A stretch of DNA of 64,000 nt from Orbicella franksi. Its lineage: Eukaryota. Under the pieces are notes generated by a model that had not been told where the DNA came from, searched no databases, and saw only the letters and a list, made by a program, of their open reading frames with translations. Positions 13,059 through 26,512 of this stretch are shown here, piece by piece; within the stretch, counting starts at the first letter, position 1, and every line of letters begins with the position of its first letter. The stretch is taken from the NCBI GenBank assembly GCA_964199315.1, contig OZ116701.1, positions 24,738,001-24,802,000 of the forward strand, written 5' to 3'. A program made the translations under genes and the position numbers.

Positions 13059-15600
13059 CTTATCAAGACAAGAACTTCATAAAGTTGTTCATCAAAAACC
13101 TTCCTAAGGGCACTAACATTGGAATATCCGACAACTTTCCAAAAGAAGTGGATGAGATAAGAAGGAAGTTATACCCCATTCTCAAGGCTGCCAAACGTGA
13201 AAAGAAAGAAGCGTACTTTAAGGTAGAAAAACTTTTAATCAACGGCTTTCTCTACCGAGGACCGGAAGCAGCTCTTTTCCCTCTGTGTGGATGTTTAATG
13301 AACGGTTAGTTTTAAATATGTTTAATTGACTCTTGCTCCGCCGTACAACTCTACCATTGCTAAATTGCTGCCGCTAGTACCCCAATTTTGACCCAGTCAG
13401 TAAATGCCACACAAAAGCATACGTAAGTCTGAAGTAGTGAGTAGCTTGTGTTGTGTGTGTTGTTGTGTTTCTGTTTTAAGTATGTTCAAATGTATTTATC
13501 TATCTAACTTTAACTCGGTCAACAAAAGAATATTAATACTAAGTTATGATATCTTGCCGCACCGTAACTATAGTATAAACAAGTGCTTAATTTTTTCTCT
13601 GGAATATTGTGACTTCGCCTCCTGCAGAGAATCTAAATGTATAAAATTATATCACTAAATGTAAGAGGGTTAAACGGTTTGAGAAAGCAAAGACAGGTTT
13701 TTTTGCTGGCTACATCAACAAAAAATCAGATACAACTTTTTTCCAAGAAACTTATTCCTCGTTCGATACTATCGGAAGATGAGAGACAGAATGGGGAGGC
13801 AAAATCGTATCTAGCCATGGGTTGTCTCATAGCAGAGGAGTTATGATTCCATTTAAACCATGGCTTGACGTAAACATTAAAAAAGTTCCCTCAGATGATC
13901 ATGGGAGATATATTTTAGCAGAGACTGTTATTGATAATACAAAAGTTGTACTGGTTAATGTTTATGCACCAAACGATCCAAACCAACAGGTTGTATTCCT
14001 AAGGGCGCTTTCAAATAATATCCTCGGCAAATGTGGAAATGAAAATCTTGTGTTGGGGGGGTGATTTTAATTGCTTAATCGGCACTTTAGACAAAAGAGG
14101 TGGCAAACCTGTTGACATTAGAAAAGCTTCCACTATTGAACTCAAGGCTTTGATTAAAACGCATAATCTGCTTGATACCTGGTGCTACAAAAACCCAGAC
14201 TCATTTGGCCCTACGTGGGCAAACCCCTCAATGAAAATACAATGTAGACTAGATCACCTCTTTGTTTCAAATCAATTGAGTAATTGAATTTGCGAGAGCA
14301 AAATAATTCCAAATATTTATTCTGACCACTCTGCAGTCGTGCTCTCTATATCTTTCTCCGAACATGAATCGCCTCGTGGGTCCGGCTTCTGGAAATTTAA
14401 CAACTCGATGTTGTCGGACATGAAATATGTAGAATTATCAAATTTCTTGATTCCAGAGTTCGCCAAAAAGCATCAGGGAACTGAGGACAAGGGTTTGTTC
14501 TGGTAAATGATTAAAGTGGAAATCAGAGCATTTACCATAAAATTTTTGAAAAAAAAAGCAAAAAGCAAGCGTAACAAAGAGCCTGCCCTTTGTTGGAGAT
14601 GATCAAGCTGCAGTGCAAGCTCCAGACAGCGTACAGTGATTCCCTAAGGAGTGAAATAGAAAGAACAAAAACCAAGCTTTCAAAAATAGCAAGTGGTAAG
14701 ACGCGTGGCACGATTATACGTAGCAGAGCGTGCTGGTATAAACATGGCGAGAAAAACAGTATTTCTACAATTTAAAAAAAAACAAACCAAAGGAAAAAAC
14801 ATATAACAACCTTAAAAGTCAATGATCACGCAAAATTAAACGACCCGAGAGAGATTCTTGAAGAGGAAGAGCGCTTTTTCATACAAATATATACATCAAA
14901 AACATGAATCCAAACAGCTCGGAGTTTATCGAATTCTTTAATATGGAAAATGTATTATCAGAAGAAACTGCAAACATTTGTGAAGGTATTATGTCTATCG
15001 ATGAATGTAAACGAACGCTTATGACAATGCAAAGCAATAAAACACCAGGTACAGATGGCCTTACTTCAGAGTTTTATCACTTTTTTTGGAACCCTGTTGG
15101 TAAATTCATGGTGGAAAGTTTTAATGGTGCATTTCAACACGGATCACTTTCTATCTCTCAATGACAAAGTATTATTTCTTTAATCCCAAAAAAGAATAAG
15201 AATGCGGAATATTTAACAAATTGGAGACCAGTTTCGCTACTTAATGTTGACTACAAAATTGTGACCAAAACTATTGCTCTTCGCTTGGAAAAGATCTTGC
15301 CAAGCGTAATACATCCTTGTCAGTCCGGCTACGTAAAGGGTAGATTCATTGGAGAAAGTATCAGACTAATAGCAGACACAATGGACTTCACTAAAATTTA
15401 AAATAAACCAGGTATAGCTGTTTTCTTAGATTTCGAAAAAGCTTTTGATTCAGTTGAATGGGACTTTATCCAAAAATGTTTCAAATCTTTCAACTTTGGA
15501 CCAAATCTCCGGCAATGGATCAGCGTGTTCTATAAAGACATCTCTAATTGCGTCATTGACAATGGCGTTGCCTCTAAACACTTCTACTTAGAACGCGTTG
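13048..15600 (+). mobile_element. L1/Tx1-clade LINE fragment (ORF1 C-terminus, ORF2 endonuclease and start of RT), truncated at both ends
   Basis: ORF1 end GISDNFPKEVDEIRRKLYP. EN: SLNVRGL, NVYAPN, GGDFN, RLDH, SDHSAV. RT: NKTPGTDGLTSEFY, WRPVSLLNVDYK, LDFEKAFDSVEW. Many stops and frameshifts. Confidence 0.88.
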
Positions 15601-16799
15601 TCCAACACTAATAAAAATAGTTTGAAAATTAGAACTGAAAATGAACTAAAGCGACCTTGTTACATGTGGTTCATTTTACATCAGTTGGTTGTGTTGGTTC
15701 TGAATTTGACATTGGTTTAGCCAACATTGTTATGTTTACAGCAAGGTAAAAACGATGCACAGATTGCACAATATATGTCCTGGAGTCCCAGACTGCTAAT
15801 TGATGTGCATGCTTGGTTACAAATTGAAAAACTGGCAATGAAAATGTTTTGTTTTTGCGATTTTTGTGTGCCAAAACTTTTTTGAACAGAAAACATCAGG
15901 CATTTGAACAGCTCAAGTTTGTTTTGAACAAATGTCATAACTGTGGCTGTTCGAATGGATGAATTCAACTTTACTAAACTATAATGGTGATGGCTTTTTT
16001 AATCTCAAATTTTTTAAAGCTGATAGAGAATTGAGTTTTGCAATAGAGGAACACCGCAACAGATCAAAATCAGGGGAGGTAAGGGCAAAAAACTTCTCTT
16101 TTAAAACCGAACAAAAAAGTAAGTACTGGAAATAATAATTTGGTAGAGACTGGGTAATAAGTCGCCAATAAGATCGGTAAACATCGACAAGGCGTCAATT
16201 AACTGTGCAAACACTGGAAATGAATGTATTTCCATGCAAAAATGGCACTCGATTAATGCTGGCTTATTTGGACGCAAAGTTTGTCACCATGCATGCAAGC
16301 TAGCAAAGTGAATCTCCGCATTAAACGACACTACAGGAATTTGTTTGAAATATCATGGAGAAGAAGATTCTAAACGAATTATATCAACATTTATTGCTCA
16401 ATGTTTTCTTTTAAAATGAAGTGGCAGCGGAAATAGTGCTTCTTCACACATGTCACGAAGGCAGATCAAACACTGAGTTCAACAATTGAATGGCTTGGTG
16501 CAAGACTGACGTAAGTGACTTTTTCGGGTGAAAAATGATTTTTTTTGTTCAAAAGCGCCCGAATTTTTGCGTGTCATCTTCAATTGAGTAGAAGAGCATA
16601 GCCCTGTACATTTTTTTAGCTGGTTTGTGCTTTGTCTTCGGAAAAAAGATAGAAACATTAGGACAACGGTGACTTCAAAACAATAATACAGGGCCGCAAA
16701 ACGAAATGGATGAACATGGGCCTTAAAGAAAGATGAGCCTATAACTTGACAGTTACAGTAAAGGTAACATAACGCCATGGCTAGCATTAGACCTAAAAG

Positions 16800-16932
16800 A
16801 AAACCCTAACCTTTGGCCTAGGGTTAGCATTTAGTGTTAGGGTTACCGTTTTAGTGCTAGGGTTTAGGGTTAAGGCTAGGGCTAGGGTTAGGGCTTAGGG
16901 TTAGAGTCTAAACACTTTGTGGTAGGGTTAGT
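16800..16932. repeat. Degenerate telomere-like TTAGGG tract
   Basis: AAACCCTAACC followed by TAGGGTTAG, TTAGGGTTAC, TTTAGGGTTAAGGCTAGGGCTAGGGTTAGGGCTTAGGGTTAG. Confidence 0.7.
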
Positions 16933-18694
16933 TCTATTTTGGTGGTAGCCTAGGGAAAATAATAAAACGAGAAAACACTTCATTTCATAAACACAGCATG
17001 CATGATCGTGAATCTAAATAAAGTCAATGACCAGTGTCTATTAGCAGTGGTTACCTATCTTCTGAGAGTGAAATGTTTTGCAATCAGTGAAAACATGAAA
17101 CTCGTTTACAACAAAAAAGAGTTCGGTTTGCATTCTTTCAAAAAAAAAGTGAAAATCACTAGCGAAATGCGACATTTCATAGGTGCTACTGCGATGTAAA
17201 ACGTTTAGAAATTAAATGAGCTATAACAGCGCAGCTTGCCATTACTTTGACTGCGTGGCAAATAACAAATACCTTATAAAACGTATTTCGTGAAATGTTG
17301 CCACAAGGAATTAATGCTTGACATTCAAAGAAAGACGATTTTTCCAAATTACAGTACTTGAACGGCTGAGTCAATCTGAAATTGCTCCCTCTCTGCGATA
17401 ATTAAATACCCTGTATATTTGTGAAAACACTGAACTGAATCTAAGCGGGAAAACCGAAAACAAACGGAAAATATATGGCAAAAGGAATGGCATATTTAAA
17501 GAAAAAAGACTTACACTGTTGTCTCTTTCTCTCACCATCTTCTAACCTCACAAACAAATCATTCCATTGGGATTCCATGATAATAAAGGCAAGTAATCGA
17601 AAGCTGCTAGTCCATAATATGATTGGCGTTTGTTTGCCCCAGTTCCCGAAAGGTCAACTGTCACACCGTAACACAACAATGGTCAACAATCGCGACTTTG
17701 GATCAATCATTTCTCTTACATGAAAACATTGGCCATTTATTCCTGGAAAGAATCGGGGCTTAGGGCTATTTTTGTCTAAATGAAGTAATACATTACTTTT
17801 CTCAGTGAAAAAAATATCTTTTCCGTCGATTCTGTTTTAATTAATATTCCGTTGGCCGAGCAAAATGTAACTTTGTGACGTTTTCCATTGCCGACTGAGA
17901 TCGACTGACAAGACCTATCGAGATGCATTAAAGATTATTATGGGATATCCCTGAGCAACTTCAACACGGCAAGGCCTACGGGTCGACTAAACAGATTTTT
18001 TAAGAGTCTAAAAGCACTTCTTTATTTCCAAACGTTCTGCAGAGGAACATTTGGCAAATGGGCCACTTCTCGCCGTCGACTCATTTTTTTGCATGAGAAG
18101 TGCTTTCAAACTCCTCGCCTGGCTTCAGTGTGCCTTCAATCGCTTAGCGATCTTGGAACAGCAACACATCTCGCTTCTTTGAGATATGCTAGTGACTTAC
18201 GGGTTTCCGGACTTAATGAAGTCCTTTTACCGCCAGGCGGGCGCAAATATGTGTCAAATAAGTGGACTTCATGCAACAGGTGAGGTTTCAACTTGTCTGA
18301 TCGAAAGCTTGATGTTGTCTAGCGCGCCAAAATAATGCAAACGCAAGCTTACGTCACAACGTAGTTGAAGAAATTCATTTCCAGATCCCGTCTTTGAGCG
18401 AGTAAACTTTTCACTTTGTTTTATACATCAGGCGAAAAAAACAAGGAATCCAAACACAGGGCAATGTTTTCCTATTACATTGGAGACCACATGCAAAAAT
18501 TTGGCGCTTTTCAACGAAAAAATCATTTTTCACCCGAAAAAGTCAGTTACGTCAGTCTTGCACTAAGCCATTCAATTATGCAAACATTACGATTGAAATT
18601 TAGCCATTTGTGGAAACTGCGACCCAACAACAAAGAACAATCGTTTAAATACTAACACAGTGAAGTTTCAAATAACGGTAACTGATATTGTTTC

Positions 18695-19345
18695 TGTTAC
18701 CGCCAAATATTTTATGGTTTTTTATTTCCTTTCTAGCCTTTAAAACTTCTTTGTATTAATCCTAGGACGTCCTTTTTTTGTGGTTATTTTTGCAGATGTG
18801 TTTGCGCACGTATGGTAAACAAAACAAAGAAATCTATTATGCTTTGGATTAGGTAATATTTCTTCTAACGTGTTCAAAAAAACCAGTTCTAGCCAACGTG
18901 TTAAGATCAAACTCTTAGGTTCAACTCAACGCATGTGAAATCCCTCATGTGGACACAGAAGTAAGTTTTTTCATTATTGAATGTCTTTTATTGTCTTTGC
19001 ATTACCAAACGTTTCTTTCCTAAGTTTGTAGTAGTTTTCTAGCTAGCCTAATTGTAGTTTCTACTTCGTTATTTCGTTTCTTAGTTTTCGAAACTGTTTC
19101 ACCGTTTCTCAATTGTTTCTCAACAACACTTCTTTATGACGCTTCTATACATCGCTTCGATATTCGATTCGTTATGCTTCGCATCATCTGTGTACATCAT
19201 TTCACTTCAATAAATGCTGTTTACAATAAACTGTGTCACGAACATTATTCTGGGGAGTGTTTGAAATGCGTTTAGAATATCTGTGACGAGAGGATACGTG
19301 ATTCACAAAACCGCCCTGTGAGTAATGTTAAGTTCTGCGCTCACA
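18695..19345 (+). repeat. 5' LTR of BEL element
   Basis: Direct repeat of 25849-26512; about 33 substitutions and 6 indels by manual count. Confidence 0.95.
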
Positions 19346-19454
19346 TTCGTTTCGAAAATTCTTCGCTAAAGTCCTCTAATGTCTCAGTACACACCAGTTA
19401 ACATAAACGTCACGGTATTATTAAAATGCTTGGTTCGTCTAAATTTTAAGGAAA

Positions 19455-22400
19455 ATGGCTGGTTCGAATGAACGTGATATGGAAGCAAAAAAACGCACGT
19501 GGTCGGACAATGGGGCGTTAGAAAACGTCACGAATGCACATGGCGATGACAAAATGGAAGATGATGAATTCATAAATGCTAATCTAGACATCGATAAAGC
19601 GAAAGAAATACCGCTCAATGAAGATCTTGATAACGACTCAGAACTAGGAGCCTCGAGCGTAAGGTCTTGAAAACTTACCGAGAAGGGCCAAGAAGAAAAA
19701 ATTCGGCATCTCAAAAACGACCAAATCACTGCATTAAGGGCGGTTTCCTGCAAACGGACAGAAATGACTGAATTGATGTGTGACGAAAACAATCTGCACC
19801 TGGTAAAGAATGAACTTACCGATCTTGACAGATTATGTCAACAATTTCAAAATGCTTATGATAGACATCTTCATGAATTAACTTTACCGGAAGACAAAGA
19901 AAGAGCGGCTCTCCATTTCAGTTCAAAAGAAAGTGAAATTTTCAAATACCGGAAACAAGTGGTGGATTGGATAGAATCTGTGAAGAACGCCTAAGTGATC
20001 AATTAGACTGCCTTTCAGATTAACGCTCGGGCTCGCAGCAAACGCATGTGTCACGCAAGTCACACAAGTCGCGCTCGTCGATACGCTCGTCTTCTTTGGC
20101 CCGGGCACAAGAAAGAGCAAAGGTTGCAGAGTTATTGGCTGAGAAATCCATGCTGAAAAAGAAGCTACAACTGGAAGTAGCCGAAAAACAACTCGAGCTT
20201 GAACTTAAGATTGCAAAAGTGCAAGCAAGAGAAAGGGCTTTTACTGAAATCAAAGAGGAGAGAATTAAAAAAACTTTGAAGGACGACAAAACTGAATTTC
20301 TTAACCTTCCGGAAGCGAAATCCTCTTCTAATGCAAAACGTGCACTGCCTTCGTTGGCAGCCACAACCATGGGTGGCAGACCTCATGTTAAAACAGAAAG
20401 TGAAATGCACCATGTAGCCTCACCATTGAATCCAGCATCTGAATTTTACCTTACCTTCCCTCGCGAAATCAAAACCAAAACGAAAAGAGAAGATAGTGAC
20501 AAAGCGCCCAGCCAGACAGATGCGGAAGAAATTCTTCAAGAAGTATTTAAATTCTAACACGAACAAATTCAGCAAATGATCACTTTGCAACGACAATTAG
20601 CCACTGCTATATCTCTTCCCCAACCAGAAATTCCAAAATTCAATGGGGATCCAATGGAGTTCAAGACTTTAGTCATGGCGTTCGATGCGCGTATACACTC
20701 AAAGGTAGTTAATAGCACGGACAGGCTTTATTATCTTGATCAACATCTTGTTGGACAACCAAAGGAGACGATAGGTGGTTCCCTCCACATCGAGCCAGAA
20801 GAAGGATATGAAGAAGCGTGAAAACTTCTCGAAAAGGAGTACAGAGACCCACGCAAGGTCTCTACTGCCTACATGCAGAAACTCAGCCACTGGCCATTCA
20901 TTAAGTATGACGATGCTCCAGCCCTAAAGCGCTTCTCCCTCTTTCTTATCAAATGGAAGAACGCAGTGAAAAGCCTTGCACATTTGGCTGTTTTGAATCA
21001 TCCTCCAAACTTGCAGACCGTTGTGCAGAAATTGCCAACAAACTTGCAAACAAAGTGGCGCAAAACCGCAGTAAAGGGCAGACGAAAGGACAGAAAAGTT
21101 GCAAGCTTCGTAGACTTGACTGAATTTGTGGAGCATGCGGCTGAATCTGCAAACGACCCGATTTACAGCAAAGAAGTGCTTGACAGTGCCAAAACAAAGC
21201 CCAAATCGTACAACCCAAAAGTTCCAGCTTTGTCACAACCTTGGATATAGATGCCAACTCCTCCCCTCCAAACGGGGCTGGGTCTCCCCACCTAAATATC
21301 ACTGCTGACCGATGCCCTCTCTGTGAGAAGCCACACGATCTCGAAGACTGAGAAATCTTCAAGAAAAAATTGGTAATGGAGGGAAGAACGACTCTTAAGG
21401 AAAAATCCTTGTGTTTTGGCTGCTACAGAAGATATCACGTTTCCAAGAACTGCAAGAAGAGAGTGTGTAAGAAATGCAAGAAACCACACCCCACCCTACT
21501 ACACATGGATGACTTTTCATTCGTGAAAGAAAGCAACGCCGACAAAAAGCTAAACGGGAAGACTTAAAGTCAACAACGCCTGCACGGATATTCCGCACAA
21601 CGACAATAACGAACATATTTGCAAGCTATTCTTCCCGTGATAGTTAAGCAGAAGGAGACCAATAAGGCAGTGAAGACCTATGCCTTTTATGACAATGGAA
21701 GTGTAGCTTGCTTCCTTACCAAAAGCCTGAAAAACCACTTGGAAGCAGCAGGCACAAAGACAATGCTGCAGTTAGGAACTATGCATGGTCACAGCCTCGT
21801 TAAGGACCTGGTGGTTACTGATCTGGACGGCAGAAATCCTATCGAATTACCACAAGCTTACACAAGAGACGAGATTCCTGTCGGTCATGACCAGATTCCA
21901 ACGCCTGAAATTGTCAGTCGCTTAGATCATCTTAAAGAAATTGTTAATGAAATCCCAGCCTACGATCACGATTTGGACATTGGCCTGCTAATAGGAAGTA
22001 ATTGTCCAGCTGCGCTCGTTCCGCATAGCGTGGTACCAAACAAGGGCGATGGTCCTTTTGCTTTAAGGCTCAATCACGGCTGGACGGTCAGCGGTCCTCT
22101 GCAAGTAACAACGGAACCATTAACTAACAAAGTAACCGTAAACAGGATCGCAGTGAGAGAAGTGGGGAGCATAAAAGAAATCGTCAGCCCCAAGTCACTA
22201 CTGAAGATGTTCGAGCTCGACTTCAGTGAGAAAGCCTCAAGCAACCTTCCAGAAGAACTGGGCCATTCCCAGGAAGATAGAAGATTTGTTACGAAAGTGT
22301 CCAACGGTATCCGGCTTACAGCGGGTCATTATGAAATCCCTCTCCCTTTCCAGCAGTCTGAAGTGGATCTACCGAACAATCAAGAACGAGCCGTTAAGTG

Positions 22401-25400
22401 AGCGTTCTGGCAAAGAAAGAAAATGATCCAGAATAACCAGTATCGGAACAATTATGTAGCCTTTATCAACGAAATAATCAACAAAAGTTACGCAGAGGTC
22501 CCTCAAGAAACTCTGAAGACAGATCCCGCTAAGGCGTGGTACATACCTCATCATGGCATGTGCCATCCTAAAAAACCTGAGAAGATCAGAGTGGTTTTCA
22601 ACTGCAGCGCCAAGTTTGCTGGAATGTCCCTGAACGACCAACTACTCCAAGGGCCTGATCTTACCAATTCTCTGGTCGGCGTCCTAACTTGTTTCAGACA
22701 AGAGCCAGAGGCCTTCATGGGCAATGTCGAAGCCATGTTCTACCAAGTTGTTGTTCCTATAGAGCAACGCGACTTCTTACGTTTCCTGTGGTGGCCAAAC
22801 GGTGAACTGAATGCTCAACTTGTGGAGTATCGAATGACTGTTCACCCCTTTGGAGCTGTGTCTTCGCCAAGATGCTCCAACTACGCCCTACGAAAGACAG
22901 CAGATGATAACGAAGAAGAACACGGAAGTGCTGTTGCAAGTACCATGCGCCGCAACTTCTACGTGGACGAATGTCTCCGTTCGGTCAGCACAGAAACCAA
23001 AGCCAAGGAACAAATCGAAGGTTCGCGTCAAGCATGCACTAAAGGTGGATTTCGTCTTACTAAGTTCATCTGCAACCAACAAAATGTCCTTGAGTCCATT
23101 CCCGAGGAAGAATGTTCCAAAGATGTTAAAAGGTTGGATCTAAACTACGATGCGCTACCCATTGAACGTGCTCTTGGTGTACAGTGGTGTGTCGAATCCG
23201 ACACATTCAGATTTCGCATCACCATAAAGGATAAACTGCTTACAAGAGGAATACTTTCAATTGTATCTTCCATCTACAACCCTTTAGGATTCGCAGCACC
23301 CTTCACCCTGGCTGTTAAGAAGTTGCTTCAAGACCTTTGTAAAGACAAGCTAGGTTGGGATGATGAGCTTCCTGACTCTTACCTTAACCAATGGGAAAAA
23401 TGGCAAAATGAGCTGCCGTTGCTCGAACGCATACTTGTCCCTTGCTGTGTGAAGCCAATAGACTTTACAGAAGTGAAGTCCAGACAGCTCCACATATTTT
23501 CTGACGCGAGCTCCATGGGCTATGGCTCAGTGGCATATTTACGTCTTTGCGACGAAAACGATCGCATACACTGCTCTTTCCTGATGGGAAAAGCATGCCT
23601 CGTGCCGATCAAGGCAGTGACAATCCCACACCTGGAACTGACTGCTGCCACAGTCTCCGTTCGCCTCGGCGAGATTCTCAAGAAAGAACTTGACGAAAAA
23701 CTTGACATCATCCAATATCACACTGACTCGGTTACAGTGCTGCGTTACATCAGCAACGATCAGAAACGATTTCAAGTTTTCGTCGCCAATCAAGTCCAAA
23801 TGATTCGTAACCTCTCAGATCCAAGTCAGTGGAGATACGTGCACACAAAAGAGAATCCTGCCGACGATGCCTCTCGTGGATTAGATGCTAAAGCACTGAA
23901 CGAACAACAGCGTTGGCTGAAAGGACCGAAGTTTCTGTGGGAGCCCGAAAAAGATTGGCCTGCGCAACCATCATCATTTGGCAAAATTAGTAACAAAGAT
24001 CCAGAAGTAGAGAAACAAGTGAATGCGTGTGTAACAACGATCACAGACCCATCACCTACATCCACCTTAACGAAGCTACTCCAGCATTTCTCCGACTGGT
24101 ATCGCTTAAAGAAAACCGTTGCGGTTTTCTTGAGAGTGAAAGCCATTCTCCAAGAAAGAAGATTGCATTAAGAATCAGTGCGAAACATGGCTCGTCCAGC
24201 GCCATTAACGTTAAGGCAAGAAAGCTTAACGAAGACCACTCATCTCTTACCGTTCAGGAGCTAGAAGAAGCAGAGCACGCAATAATTTGTTTCACTCAGT
24301 CCCAAAGCTTTGATACAGAGTTGAAGAGCCTCGATCAAGAAAGCGATAACAAACCGGGACATGAACGGACACGCCCCCAGAAGAGCAAGACCGAAATAAG
24401 AAAGACCAGCTTCCTTTATCGCCTGGATCCATTTGTTGGTGGAGGTCTTCTACGAGTTGGTGGCCGATTGAATTATGCTGACATTCCAGCAGAGTCCAAA
24501 CATCCCATAATCTTGCCTCGAAAGAGTCACATGACAACATTAATTATCCGTTACACGCACGAGCAACTTGGTCACACAGGACGTGGACACGTCCTTGCTA
24601 AACTACTCGAAAGGTACTGGATTGTCAGAGCTAACTCCGTGGTACGTCAGCTGATTTCCTCATGCGTCTCGTGCAGACGAATTAAAGCCATGCCCCAAGA
24701 TCAGAAGATGGCTGATTTGCCAGAGGACCAAGTGACCCCAGCACTGCCCTTCACCTATGTCGGAGTGGATTATTTTGGTCCCTACATTACGAAAGAAGGT
24801 CGCAAGGAACGCAAAAGATATGGAGCACTGTTTACATGCCTCATAAGCAGTGCAGGTCACATTGAAGTCGCCCACTCGCTCGAGATAGACTGCTTCCTTA
24901 ATGTACTTCGCCGTTTCATCGCCCGTCACGGTCCTGTACACGAGATAAGGAGCGACAACGGTACCAATTTTGTTGGTGCGAAACGAGAGCTAAGCCAAGC
25001 TGTCAACAAGATGGACCACGAGGAGATTACAGAGAAGCTCTGCCAGCAACAGATTGATTGGAAGTTCAACCCTCCTGCTGCAAGCCACATGGGTGGAGTC
25101 TGGGAAAGGCAAATTAGGACCGCACGTAGAATCCTTGATACTCTCCTACATGAACACGGGAGTCGTTTAGATGACGATTCCTTACAGACCTTAATGTGTG
25201 AGGTTGAAGCTATGATTAACTCAAGACCGCTCACCGCTATCTCAAGTGATGCTAAAGATCCCGTCCCGCTATCCCCCAATCAGATCCTGACAATGAAGAC
25301 AAGCATTGTTATACCACCACCTGGCAAATTCCAGTGCAATGATGTTTACATGCGCCAACGTCAGCGTCGAGTTCAGTACCTTTGCAACCTGTTCTGGTTG

Positions 25401-25679
25401 CGATGGAAAAAGGAGTACTTACCAATGCTCCAAGAGCGACCCAAGTAGAACAAAGACAGGTGCAACTTGAAGGTCGACATTGTCCTGCTGAAAGATGAGA
25501 ACGTACCTCGAAATGTTTGGTCAATGGGCGTAGTTATAAAGGTGGAACCAGATGCTAAAGGTTTTGTCAGAAGTGTTGTCCTTAGGACCCAAGCAGCAGA
25601 ACTGTGTAGACCAGTGAACAAGCTCGTTCTCCTACTCACTACAGAAGAAAGAATGGATGCTGATGATGACGGGAAATGA
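19455..25679 (+). pseudogene. BEL/Pao gag-pol polyprotein, fragmented
   Basis: Gag (PEIPKFNGDPMEF), zinc knuckle, protease (AFYDNGSVACF), RT (WYIPHHG, LLQGPDLTNSL, NFYVDE), Pao RNase H (HIFSDASS, PHLELTAA), integrase (GVDYFGP, SDNGTNFVGA, GGVWERQI) and C-terminal DUF5641-like part. Confidence 0.92.
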
Positions 25680-25848
25680 GTTGCTGACAAGCTTACATGA
25701 AAGCCTGAACATTACTTGAACATTTAATTGTATTAATAGTTTCTTAGTTCCTAGGAATCTAGGTTTCAGTATAAGATCTTTTGCTCAGCCTTTATAATTC
25801 TTGCCTTTATAGTTTTAAACAGCTTTACAGTGTTTAAGGGGCCGGAAA

Positions 25849-26512
25849 TGTTACCGCCAAATATTTTATGGTTTTTAATTTGCTTTCTAGCCTTTAAAGT
25901 TTCTTTGTATTAATCCTAGGACGTCCTTTTTTGTGGTTATTTTTGTGGATGTGTTTGCCCACGTATGGTAAACGAAACAAAGAAATCTATTATGCTTTGT
26001 ATACGGTAATATTTCTTCTAACGTGTTCAAAAAAACCAGTTCTAGTCAACGTGTCATCGTATTAAGATCAAACTCTTAGGCTCAACTCAACGCATGTGAA
26101 ATCCCTCACATGGACACAGAAGTAAGTTTTTTCATTATTGAATGTCTTTTATTGTCTTTGCATTACCAAACGTTTGTTTCCTAAATTTGTAGTAGTTTTC
26201 TAGCTAGCCTAATTGTAGTTTCTACTTCGTTATTCGTTTCTTAGTTTTCGAAACCATTTCAGTGTTTTCACCATTTCTCAATTGTTTCTTAACGACGCTT
26301 CTTTACGACGCTTCTATACATCGCTTCGATATTCGATTCGTTACGCTTTGCATCATCTGTGTACATCGCTTCAATAAATGCTGTTTACAATAAACTGTGT
26401 CATGAACATTATTCTGGGGAATGTTTGAAACGCGTTTAGAACATCTGTGACAACGAGAGGATACGTGATTCACAAAACCGTCCTGTGAGTAACCTTAAGT
26501 TCTGTGCTCACA
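25849..26512 (+). repeat. 3' LTR of BEL element
   Basis: Direct repeat of 18695-19345, after PPT AAGGGGCCGGAAA. Confidence 0.95.

Larger units (their letters stand above)
18695..26512 (+). mobile_element. Complete BEL/Pao LTR retrotransposon, decayed ORFs
   Basis: LTRs 18695-19345 and 25849-26512 (TGTTACC...CTCACA); 5-bp TSD GTTTC (18690-18694, 26513-26517); PPT 25836-25848; BEL-type polyprotein. Confidence 0.95.
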
